Of a DNA stretch of 64,000 nt, positions 37,788-52,459 are shown piece after piece. The DNA is taken from NCBI GenBank assembly GCA_964016885.1, contig OZ024743.1:64108001-64172000 (forward strand), given 5' to 3'. This DNA is from Eledone cirrhosa (Eukaryota). Every line of letters starts with the position of its first letter. Positions within the stretch are counted from its first letter, which is position 1. Both the position numbers and the translations under genes were made by a program. The notes under the pieces were generated by a model, which searched no databases, had not been told where the DNA came from, and worked only from the letters and a program-made list of their open reading frames with translations.

Positions 37788-37836
<49 letters not shown>

Positions 37837-39371
37837 TCTATCTTTAGAGTGAGAGAGATGAGAGTGTGAAGTCAATTTATTTGTCTGACATACTTGCTAG
37901 ACTTATACCACCACCACTACCACCACCACTACCACCACCACAACAACAACAACAACCACCACCACCGTTACCACCACCACCACCATCACCACCACCACCA
38001 CTGCTACCACCTCCACCACCGTTACCACCACCACCACCATGAACACTACAGCCCTTATATTATTATTAATGTAGAAATTATTATTATTATTATTTGCACC
38101 AATTTTTACATAGGTATTTGTTGTTCATTGTACTACTCACTACCTTGCAATGCAATTGCACCTGCAGCTATGCAATTGTATTCCTTACAACACATACACA
38201 CACATATAGATATGTATCTATTTATACATCTATACACACACACACACACACATATATATATACACACACACACACATACATATATATATATTTATTCACA
38301 CACGCACACATACATATCCATATCTATATGAATATGTACACACACACACATATATATATGTGTGTGTGTATATATATATCTATATATATATATATATATA
38401 TATATTCAGACAAAAACACATTCGTGAATTTCTTATGTATGCTTGAGTGATTGAAATGTGTGTGTGTATGTGTATGTATGTATGTATCTATGTGTGTATG
38501 TATGTGTATATATATATATGTATGTATGTGTGTATGTGTGTATATGTGTGTATGTATGTGTACATATGTATGTACGTATATATGTATATAGGTATATATG
38601 TATGCATGTATGTGTGTATGTGTGTATGTATGTGTATGTATGTATGTATGTATATATGCATATATGTATGCATGTGCATACACATGTATGTATGTACATA
38701 TGTATGTATGTATACGTATATACTGTATTTGCGTTTGTCTGTGATTTTCCTATATGGCTGTATTGTGTCACCATTTAAGGAAACAACCTCCACTCAATGC
38801 TTGGTAAAATCATATCCATTCATATTATCTGAGCCTGATGCAATAAAGCAAAGATGTGAAATATGTATTCTCCTTGGTAAACATAGTCATACTACCTCCA
38901 CCACCACCACCACCACCACCATCATTATCATCATCATTATCATGATTATCATGATTTGACAGCCGTTTTCTATGCTGGCATGGGTTGTCAGTGCCAGAGG
39001 AGCAAGTCTGGTTCCTACATTCCAGAGCAGAACCTGATGGCATCAGTACAGGGTACAGAGCTGTGAATCTCTCCCTTTCTCTCTCTCTATATATATATAT
39101 ATATCCTCCTCATCATTATCATCATCAATGTTTAACATCCATTTTCCATACTAGCATGGGTTAGACAAGTTGTCCCATTACAGGCAAGTTGGGTTAGGTG
39201 ACCTTGTCTTGATCATAAAGAACTGTTTCCGACTAGGTTTCTATGGCTGGATGCCCTTCCTACCAACCACATTTACAGTGTGTGCTGAGTGCTTTATGTT
39301 GGGACTCCTACATAACTTTGCAGCTACCAACATAACTTTACAGTGTATATATAGAAAGAGAGAGAGAGAGA

Positions 39372-39662
39372 GTGGACCCAACAGAGGACTCAGCCATACA
39401 AGTCAGCAGCAGTGTAGTAATTAAGGCAATTAAGGATATGAAATCAGGGAAAGCAGCTAGTCTATCGGGGATAATTGCTGAGATGCTGAAAGCATCTGGG
39501 TTGGTGGGTCACACTTTAACCATTCATATTGTAAACCAAGTAATACTAAATGGTGCCATACCAAATGATTTGTGCAGCAGCATCATTGTCAACTGCTACA
39601 AGGATAAAGGAGATGCACTAGATACAGGAAACTATAGAGGCATCAAGTTGATTGACCTAGTC
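39372..39662 (+). mobile_element. RTE LINE internal fragment
   Basis: VIKAIKDMKSGKAA..AEMLKASG..IIVNCYKDKGDALDTGNYRGIKLID. Confidence 0.82.
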
Positions 39663-40159
39663 AATCATCATCATCATCATCACCTTCGTTTAACGTCCAT
39701 CTTCCACGCTAGCATGGGTTAGACTTATATATATCAATTTTAATATAGAAATGGCTTCTACATTTCCTGGTGATTTCCTTCGAATGAAACAAATCTAGTG
39801 CTGTAGAAGCCATTTCTATATTAAAACTTGCATATACTTTACTAATGTATTAAGTACCTTACTTACTGTGGTTACCCCTGATTTAACCCGGGACCCACAT
39901 ATGTATGTATATGCATGTGTGTATGTATGTACTTCTGGTTTTATAATTTCACAAATTTTTGTCAATAGAGAGAGAGTCGGTTTCTAACATAGACACAAGA
40001 CTCTCTCATTGGAATTTACACAACATCAACTAGGTAGATATGTATGCATGTCTGCATGTATGTATGTGTGTGCAGGTATGGATGTTATTGTATGTGTGGA
40101 TGTGGATGTTTTGAGTTGTACGCGTGCATGTGTATATGCTTAGTATCTGTACATGTGTA

Positions 40160-40570
40160 TATGCAGTTATTTGATGCAACATTTTTGGAATGTTTTACAT
40201 ATTTTCACTGTTCCATTAATGGATTGTACTTGTAATTTCCTAACTAGTTGTGTTCTTTCTGTTCTTGTGAAGCCCAGCTTCTCAAGATTTGTATTGAGGC
40301 AGTTACTAACATACCCCAGTGCCCCAATAATCACAGACATAAATCTGAAGGTGTAATCAGGGTGGAGTATCTGCAGATTTCTCATCAGTTCTGCTTAAAT
40401 ATTCTCCTTTTCACTAATCTTTGATATTATATTGCCATCTGTTGGCCAGCTAACTTCCACTACTGTGCATGCCTTCTTTTCCCTGTCCCATATCATAATA
40501 TCTGGTCTGTTATGCCTGCGTTTAATTGGGTTATTTACTGGAATATTCTACCAGTATTCTTTCATATTAT
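40160..40570 (-). mobile_element. RLE-type (R4/Dong- or NeSL-like) non-LTR 3' fragment
   Basis: Minus: RHNRPDIMIWDREKKACTVVEVSWP..YAELMRNLQIL..VIIGALGYV. Confidence 0.72.
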
Positions 40571-40571
40571 G

Positions 40572-40603
<32 letters not shown>

Positions 40604-40625
40604 TGTATGTATGTATGTATGTATG

Positions 40626-40657
<32 letters not shown>

Positions 40658-40745
40658 TGTATGTATGTATGTATGTATGTATGTATGTATATGTATGTAT
40701 GTATCTATGTATGTACCAGAAGTACATACATACATACTTATGTCA

Positions 40746-41350
40746 GGTCACCAGTTGGTGCTACTGGTAACATGTATTCCAGTACAACCTGTCCCATGGT
40801 CGGGTCGTTGGCGACTAAACTGGCAACCCCACCAAGGTTTCTTGGTGAGGAGGGTGACTTTGGACATCCTGCAGGACTAAATCCAAAACCTGTGAAAGGG
40901 CAAAGGAGCTCTTAAGAGTCAATGGCCATCCAAAATCACCGGGAGAGATGACCCCTTAGCCTTTGTCAAGGCAGAATTCTAGGAGAAGGAAAACTCTGAT
41001 ATAACACCTGCAACCCTGATGGTATCCAATGATGTTGACTTGTTCTGCTTTTTGGTAAATATCATCTTGGTTAAGAGAGTGGGACTGGCTTTGTGCAGTG
41101 CTTTGCTCACAATAAAAGCTTCACAGCACAGGCATTGCCTTATATCTGGAGATCTCTCTGCACTTGTCATCACATGGTACCATGGGCCCAGCACTATGTG
41201 TCAATAATTGTCACAAGTGTAGTGTTTGTACCAGAGTTTTCAAGTCGCTGGCTGGACTAAAAAGTCACACTCGTTCAGCGTATCGGTAGGGGTTCTCCTA
41301 CATGGATATAAAGTAGTGGCCGTACTCGAAAACGAGTTGGCAGCCACCAT
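40746..41350 (+). mobile_element. ~605-bp bipartite RTE-derived non-autonomous element (copy 2)
   Basis: 5' GGTCACCAGTTGG..GTCGTTGGCGACTAAACTGG, then CTAGGAGAAGGAAAACTCTGAT, a C2H2 remnant, and a CATGTATGTAT tail. Confidence 0.78.
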
Positions 41351-41389
41351 GTATGTATGTATATATATATGTATATATATAGTATGTCA

Positions 41390-41995
41390 GGTCACCAGTT
41401 GGTGCTACTGGTAACATGTATCCCAGTACAACCTGTCTCATCGTCGGGTCGTTGGCGACTAAACTGGCAACCCCACCAAGGTTTCTTAGTGAGGAGGGTG
41501 ACTTTGGACATCCTGCAGGACTAAAAACAAAACCTGTCAAAGGGCAAAGGAGCTCTTAAGAGTCAATGGCCATCCAAAATCACCGGGAGAGATGACCCCT
41601 TAGCCTTTGGCAAGGCAGAATTCTAGGAGAAGGAAAACTCTGATATAACACCTGCATCTCTGATGGTATCCAATGATGTTGACTTGTTCTTCTTTTTGGT
41701 AAATATCATCTTGGTTAAGAAAGTGGGATTGGCTTTGTGCAGTGCCTTTGTTCACTATAAAAGCTTCACGGCACAGGCATTGCTTTATATCTGGAGATCA
41801 CTCTGCACTTGTCGTCACATGGTACCATGGGCCCAGCACCATGTGTCAATAATTGTCACAAGTGTAGTGTTTGTACCAGAGTTTTGAAGTCGCTGGCTGG
41901 ACTAAAAAGTCACACTCGTTCAGTGCATCGGTAGGGGTTCTCCTACATGGATATAAAGTAATGGCCGTACTCGAAAACGAGTTGGCAGCTACCAT
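41390..41995 (+). mobile_element. ~605-bp bipartite RTE-derived non-autonomous element (copy 3, tandem with copy 2)
   Basis: Highly similar to 40746-41350. 41863-41934 encodes CSVCTRVLKSLAGLKSHTRSVHR*. Confidence 0.78.
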
Positions 41996-42114
41996 GTATA
42001 TATATATATATATATAGTGAAAGAGGGAAGAATAACATGGTCGGCTGTACAAATAGGGTTTTATTTACAGTATTAACAATTGTTTCATTGATCAGGTGAG
42101 TCTAAAGGCCGCTA

Positions 42115-42149
<35 letters not shown>

Positions 42150-42154
<5 letters not shown>

Positions 42155-42477
42155 CATTTCATTTCATTTTATTTTACGTCCACTTTTCCCTGCTTGCAAG
42201 GGTGGGACGGGAACTGATTCTGGCTTGATTTCTACAGCTGGATGCCCTTCCTAACACCAACCTCATTTACAGTGAGTGCTGGGTGCTTTTTTGCCATGGC
42301 ACCTCCACGACCACTTAGCAGTGGAATGATAGGGACCCCAGTCCCTATCATCTCATTTCTACAGCTGAGTAAACTGGAGCAATGTGAAATGAAGTGTCTT
42401 GCTCAAGGAAACAACACATCACCCGGTCTGAGAATTGAACTCACAACCTTTCGATTGCAAGGCCAATGCTCTAACCC
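42150..42477 (-). mobile_element. tRNA/CORE-like SINE with RTE tail
   Basis: Reverse complement of 8899-9235, with an (AAATG)n tail. Confidence 0.87.
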
Positions 42478-42592
42478 CTATATATATATATATATATATA
42501 TCATCATTTTACGTCCGCTCTTCCCTGCTTGCAAGGGTGGGACGGGTATATAAATATACCTACATATATATGTAGGTATATTTATATATATG

Positions 42593-42654
<62 letters not shown>

Positions 42655-43219
42655 TAGACACATTAAAAACATGAGAAGAGTGAACAGGAAATTTACTTTA
42701 GAATTTTGAATCCACGGAAATGGTACACATATTTCGATGGCCAGACTTTATCATCCGATTATGAGGCAAGACTTAGGTGATCTCATTAGGTGTTAATTGC
42801 AAAATTAGTTCCATAAGTCAGCAGGATTACATCAAACACAAACAGAGTCGAGGATGGTCTGCTGTCACTATAACCATCCCTTAATCAAATTGGTTCTCTA
42901 TTTTCTATTATCGTCATGATCGGATGATAAAGTTGTTGGGTGATAGAAATATGTATAGTGTTTTCACGGAATTAAAAAATTCTAAAATAAATTGTCCAGC
43001 CCAGCATTCTGTTGTTTTAATTAATACTTAACTCATTTCCTGCACCAGCAACATGATACCACCGATGGATGATTTGCATAACATTGAGGGCTTTAATTTA
43101 TTGCATCATTCTTTACTAACCAGAAATACCAGGTCTACCCATTGCTATACAACCTCACATAAATGAACATACATATACATATTTATATATATATACACAC
43201 ATATATACATGTATATCTA

Positions 43220-43252
<33 letters not shown>

Positions 43253-43269
<17 letters not shown>

Positions 43270-43640
43270 ATTTATTTTTTTTTATACGTCCGCTTTTCCC
43301 TGCTTGCAAGGGTGAGACGGGAACTGATTCTGGCTTTATTTCTACAGCTGGATGCCCTTCCTAACACCAACCTCATTTACAGTGAGTGCTGGGTGCTTTT
43401 TTTCCGTGGTGCCTACACGTCCACTTTACAGTGTGGGCTGGGTGATTTTTTGCCGTGGCACCTCCACGACCACTTTGCAGTGGAATGATAGGGACCCCAG
43501 TTCTATCATCTCATTTCTACAGCTGAGTAAACTGGAGCAATATGAAATAAAGTGTCTTGCTCAAGGAAACAACACATCACCCGGTCTGAGAATTGAACTC
43601 ACAACCTTTCGATTGCAAGGCCAATGTGCCATGTGCCTCC
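43253..43640 (-). mobile_element. tRNA/CORE-like SINE with RTE tail and an extra internal repeat unit
   Basis: Same family as 8899-9235. A-rich tail; duplicated AAAAGCACCCAG..CACTGTAAA unit. Confidence 0.87.
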
Positions 43641-43955
43641 ATATATCAATAATATTAATAAATGGAAAATATCTTCATGTGAACTTCATGTTATAAGTTC
43701 ACTGAACTTATAACATTAAGTTCACATGAAGACATGTCACTATCTTTACACCAATTATTATATTTTATCTGACGAAAGCGTACTTAAATATTAGTACTCT
43801 TGAAATACGTATAATAAAATAAATATGGTTTTATAAAGATATTTTCCATTTATTAATATTATTGATATTAATGATACTCCATATAAAACTGTTGAGTGCT
43901 TCTAATCTGTTGTAAAATTAACTTTGTTGAAAAATCAACAAACCAAATAACTCAT
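43641..43955 (+). mobile_element. pLTR-like mini-element with nested fold-backs and an intact hammerhead
   Basis: 43643-43675 is inverted relative to 43836-43868, with an inner hairpin at 43672-43732. Homologous to 44960-45175. Confidence 0.75.
43761..43821 (+). ncRNA. Minimal type I hammerhead ribozyme
   Basis: TATTTTAT-CTGACGA-AAG.GTACT-TAAATATT-AGTAC.CTT-GAAA-TACGTA-TA^ATAAAATA: canonical core, 8-bp helix I, palindromic helix III. Confidence 0.85.
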
Positions 43956-43959
43956 TGTT

Positions 43960-43994
<35 letters not shown>

Positions 43995-44080
43995 GTATAT
44001 ATATATATGTTCATATATATATATATATATTCATATATATATATATATATACATATATATATGTGTATATATATATATGT

Positions 44081-44163
<83 letters not shown>

Positions 44164-44165
<2 letters not shown>

Positions 44166-44400
44166 GTTATGTAATAAACAACATAAGATAATTATTTCAT
44201 TTACCAAAGGTTTCACGAAGACAGACGTCTGACTTTGGTCATCAGAATGAAAATTTATTTAAAATGGATATCCATTTTAAATAAATTTTCATTCGTGAAA
44301 CCTTTGGTAAATGAAATAATTATCTTATGTTGTTTATTACTTAACTAAAAAGCTCTGTAGCCTACATAGAGCACTCTCTTTTCCTTTACCTCTCCTATGG
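44164..44400. mobile_element. Palindromic mini-element; one arm has an intact hammerhead, the other a core deletion
   Basis: Inverted repeat 44164-44347 centred on GGATATCC (44266-44273). Related copy at 60632-60940. Confidence 0.82.
44195..44252 (-). ncRNA. Type I hammerhead ribozyme
   Basis: TTTCATT-CTGATGA-CCAAAGTCAGACGTCTGTCTTCGT-GAAA-CC-TTT-GG-TA^AATGAAA. Confidence 0.78.
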
Positions 44401-44554
44401 AAACACTTCATATCTATATATATAAATATATAAATATACACACACACACACTCATACACACATACATATATATATATATATATGTGATATGTTAGTAGTT
44501 AAAACCAGTAAGACCATTATTCATCTTAGTACACTATACTTAAGAGAATCCTTA

Positions 44555-44660
44555 TAATAATTGTTTCTACGTTAGGCACAAAGCCAGCAATTACCCAGTG
44601 TATTACTGGTACTTTATTTTATCGACACCGTAAGGATGAAAGGCAAAGTTAACCTCGGCT
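44555..44660 (-). mobile_element. Second SINE family, 3' part
   Basis: Reverse complement of 61983-62083. Confidence 0.75.
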
Positions 44661-44738
44661 ATAATAATAATAGTAATATATATATATATATATATACAAT
44701 ATATTAATAAATGGAAACTATATTTATAAAACCATATT

Positions 44739-44804
44739 TATTTTATTATATATATTTCAAGGGCAACCAAGGCAAATTATGGTGCGCTTTCATCAGATAA
44801 AATA
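44739..44804 (-). ncRNA. Minimal type I hammerhead ribozyme
   Basis: TATTTTAT-CTGATGA-AAG.GCACCA...TGG.TGC.CTT-GAAA-TATATA-TA^ATAAAATA. Confidence 0.82.
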
Positions 44805-44960
44805 CAGATTTGTTTTATAAATAAATAAATATTGACATACCCGGAAAAAAAGACAAATATTGTTGAAGCTTCCTGGATAGACTATCCAGGAAGCTCCAAC
44901 CGTTAAGGTTGTCTTTTTTTCCGGGTATGTCAATATTTATTTATTTATAAAACAAATCTG

Positions 44961-45026
44961 TATTTTATCTGATGAAAGCGCACCATAATTTGCCTTGGTT
45001 GACCTTGAAATATATATAATAAAATA
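44961..45026 (+). ncRNA. Minimal type I hammerhead ribozyme (stem II substitution)
   Basis: Same as 44739-44804 but TGC>TGA in stem II. Confidence 0.75.
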
Positions 45027-45177
45027 AATATGGTTTTATAAATATAGTTTCCATTTATTAATATATTGTGTATTTACTCCACTTAACTGTTGAGTGCTTT
45101 ATATCAGTTAAACAAATTTTTAAGCTTGTTGAATCCCAACAAGTCCCAACAAATCCCAACAAATTAAATATAACCTC

Positions 45178-45234
<57 letters not shown>

Positions 45235-45248
45235 ATATATATATATAG

Positions 45249-48222
<2,974 letters not shown>

Positions 48223-48228
48223 TGTATG

Positions 48229-48261
<33 letters not shown>

Positions 48262-49915
48262 GAGAAGTACCTAGCTAAAAGTAAACCCCTATACTTAGCT
48301 TTTGTTGACTTGGAGAAAGCCTTTGACAGAGTCCCACGCCCCATTATCTGGTGGGCTCTAAGAAGATGAGGTGTTGACGAATGGCTTGTGAGAGCTATAC
48401 AAGCTATGTATAAAGAAACAGTCAGCAAAGTTAGAATTAACAACGAATATAGTGAAGAGTTTAGCGTAAAAGTTGGTGTTCATCAGGGCTCTGTCCTTAG
48501 CCCCCTCCTATTTATTATTGCCCTTCAGGCTATAACAGAGGAGTTCAAGACCAGCTGCCCATGGGAACTCCTATACGCAGATGATCTAACGCTCATAGCT
48601 GAATCAATGGCTGAACTAGAGAAGAAATTCCAAACATGAAAGCATGGCCTAGAATCAAAAGGCCTTAAAATTAACCTGTCTAAGACTAAAGTTCTAGTTT
48701 GTAGGAAGGAAAATAGGGCACTGGTCCCATCTGGGAAATGGCCATGCTCAGTGTGTAGGAAAGGAGTAGGCAGAAACTCTATTTTATGTCCCAAATGCAA
48801 AGTATGGGTGCATAAAAGATGTAGTGGGATCACAGGTAAGCTAACTAAGAATAACGATTTTATATGTGGCCGGTGCTCAGGTGCAATAAGTAGCAGCAAG
48901 TGCCCACAGAATACTAGCTCATTCCATTGCACAGATGGATCTATAGAAATAGTGGACACCTTCCGTTACCTGGGTGACAAAATCAGCAGTGGTGGAGGGG
49001 GCTCTGAAAGTACAGTAGCTAGAGTCAGAACGGGATGGAAAAAGTTCAGAGAGCTTATACTACTATTGGCCGCTAAAGGGTTCTCTCTAAAAATGAAAGG
49101 CAGGCTGTATGATGCCTGCATACGAACAGCAATGTTACATGGCAGTGAGACCTGGGCATTGTGTGCAGAGGATATATGCAGACTGGAGAGAAACGAAGCT
49201 TGCATGCTCCGCTGGATGTGTAATAGTAATATACGTGAACGGGAAAGCATAAACGAACTAAGGGAGAAATTAGGAATAAGAGGGATCAGATGTTGTTTAC
49301 TCGAGAGAAGACTACGTTGGTACGGTCACGTGATACGCATGAAAGACGACAGCTGTATAAAAAAGTGCAGGGCGATAAAAATAGACGGTAGCCACGGAGT
49401 AGGCAGACCCAGAAAAACCTGGGACGACTTGATAAATTCCGACCTCACACACTTACACCTCTCCAAACAATGTCACTGGACCGAGATCTTTGGCGCTACA
49501 CAGTTATACAGAAGACCCGCCTTGCCTAAGTACAAAGCGAAACCTACAGTCAGTAGGCGCCTCTTAACAAAAATACACCCTGTCCCACTACCCCCACCCC
49601 ATCCACACCACCCCTTTCGATGTAAAGCTATGTTGGTACCACAACATCCAGTCCGAAATAAATGAGGTCGTGTAGGTGTCACGACAAAAAAACACACAGT
49701 CCACGCTGTAATGTGGCCGTGTAGGTAACACGGTAAAAACCTCCCAGTCCACACTGTAAACGTGGTTGGTGTTAGGAAGGGCATCCAGCTGTAGAAAACC
49801 CGCCAGACAGTCCTATACGGGCAAGACAACCAATCTTGCCTCAAGTGAGAAAATTCCCGTCCAAATCCATGCAAGTGTGGAAGATGGACGTTAAACGATG
49901 ATGATGATGATGATG
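48262..49915 (+). mobile_element. RTE family A copy, 5'-truncated, with stops
   Basis: Colinear with 1060-2727. In-frame TGA at about 48367 and 48637; (GAT)n tail. Confidence 0.92.
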
Positions 49916-49927
49916 TATGTATATATG

Positions 49928-50016
<89 letters not shown>

Positions 50017-50889
50017 ACATTATATACACATATTTGTATAAAACAAGTAAATATATATATATATAAATATATATATTTATATATATGTGTGTGTGTGTGT
50101 ATACAATGTATATACTGAAAAGGCGCCTGTGACAATATGGGGGTGGGTGGAAGTTTAAATGAAGGTAGAGGAAAAGGAAAGAAAAATCTATAAAAGGGAA
50201 TAAACAAAATTTAATGTTATTTTGTGGGGTTTGTGTGCACGTGTGTGTGGGAGTATGTATGTAAGTATGTGTGTGGGTGTATGTGTGTGTGTATGCTTGT
50301 GTGTATGTGTATGTGTATGTGTCTATCTGGTTGTATATATGTGTGTGTATGTATATGTGTGTATGTATATGAGTGTATGTCTCTATGTGTGTATATGGGT
50401 GTATGTGTGGGTGTGTGTATGTATGTGTGTGTTGTATGTATGTGTGTGTGTGTATGTGTATATATGGGTGTATGTGTGTGTGTATATGTGCATGGTGTAT
50501 GTATGTGTGTGTGTATGTGTGTATATGTGTGAGTGTGGGTGTATGTGTGTGTGTGCATGTATGTGTGTGTGTGTGTGTGTCTGGGTGTATATAGATAGAG
50601 GAATATCACAAAGGAAAGTTCACAGTAAGAAATGTTGACAAGAGAAGACATATGTTTATACACACACACACACACACACACACGCATATATATATACACA
50701 TATACATTCATATATGTATATGCACATACATACACATATATATATATATATACATATATGCATATACATATATATGTGTATATATATATATATATGTATG
50801 AATATATATATATATATATATGTGTGTGCATGTGTATATATACATGTGTGTCTGTGTCTATGTGTATGTGATGATAGTATATATATGTG

Positions 50890-50927
<38 letters not shown>

Positions 50928-50978
50928 TATATAAATGTGTGTGTGTTTATGTGTATGTGATGATAGTATATATATGTG

Positions 50979-51034
<56 letters not shown>

Positions 51035-52459
51035 TATATAAATGTGTGTGTGTCTACAGGTTTGTAATGGTAGTATAATGTGGTGTATTATTGTGAGAGA
51101 TAATCACCTAATATATCTTCATCCATACAGTTGTATGAGATTAAACATATATATCCCCAGCCCACACCTCACCACAGGTCCCCGACCCACACACTCAGGG
51201 CCCCACCCACATACCAACAATAACCCACCATCTTACCCAACTTAATACATTCTACCCTTGTATTCCTGCCTCACTAACAACATCCCTTTGTCCCCTGTCT
51301 TTCCCCTGTCTCTAAAATACTTCTGATACACCCTTTCTAACTATTTCTTCCATCATCAGTTGTGATTCACTTCCTCTAGAACAGTATTTGTCACACGTCC
51401 CCACCAGTTGGGTGTGACAATATTTTGGTAGGGTGTAGAACCAATGTCAACTCTCTTGATACCAAAACACCTGAATCAGACCTCATTCAGCCTTCTTCTT
51501 GGGCATGTGGTTAGAATGTCTTAGGAAAGAATTGCTGAACAGATCTTACAGGCAAACCCTGGGGTCTGAGTCCTCAAACACTCCTTCCAGCAGGTGCTGT
51601 CAAAAGCAGCAATCTTTGTGCATCCTTCCCATGCCTCCTAGGACAGTTCACAGGCCCAATGCCAGTTTTTATAGTATCAGACTGCAAAGTCGTTTTTTGA
51701 ACAGGCCCCTCTACCTAAGGCCTGAACACATCCCTTGTTAACCTACATGAAGGACAATAAAGTATGACTGCCTTTGTTGTGTCTCACCATATTGCTGTGT
51801 TTTGTAGTTATATTGTAATAGTTATTCACGTCAGTCACCAATTTGGTACTTTTCTCAGACCCGCGTAGACGAGGCTTTTTCAGAGGTGTCATTTTCTCGC
51901 CTAGTCCAGGGCTGCTTATTCGTCTGACCAGTCCCTCTTATATTGCGACTAGCCATCATATTTAGTGGCCTTATCACTATCCTCCACATGCAACCCGTTC
52001 TCTAGCAGAATAACTCAGCCGAGAATATTTTCAAAATTAAATTAAATAATGGCAGTTGAAGGACCAAGGATACCAGATGTCTTGATGGCAACTGGCGCAA
52101 AATGAAAGTTCTGAAAACTATTTGTAAATCGTAGACAGTGTCATTCATTAGAAATATAGTAATGAAGAGGTTAAAGAGTTTAAATTTATCTAAAAACCTT
52201 TCATCATAATTTTATGTTAGATCCTTTGTTAAGTTATGTTCCAAAATACTAGCTTAATAATTAGAATGTTAGTTATATGACTAAATACCTTCAAATTCTT
52301 ATTATTTTCAAAATTATTTGAAAACCATTGACAGCATCTTTCATCAGAAATATTGTAATAGTTATCTGTAATAGTTATTTGTAGTTATATTGTAATAGTT
52401 ATATTATAATAGTTATTTGTAGTTATATTGTAATAGTTATTTGTAGTCATATTGTAATT

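Larger units (their letters stand above)
37558..37795. mobile_element. Palindromic mini-element (109-bp arms) with canonical hammerhead cores on both strands
   Basis: 37558-37666 is inverted relative to 37687-37795, with a 20-nt loop. (TA)n on the right. Confidence 0.85.
44696..45180. mobile_element. Palindromic mini-element (~185-bp arms) with hammerheads on both strands
   Basis: 44696-44880 is inverted relative to 44882-45069 (centre GGATAG-A-CTATCC). The right arm extends to 45180. (TA)n on both flanks. Confidence 0.87.
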
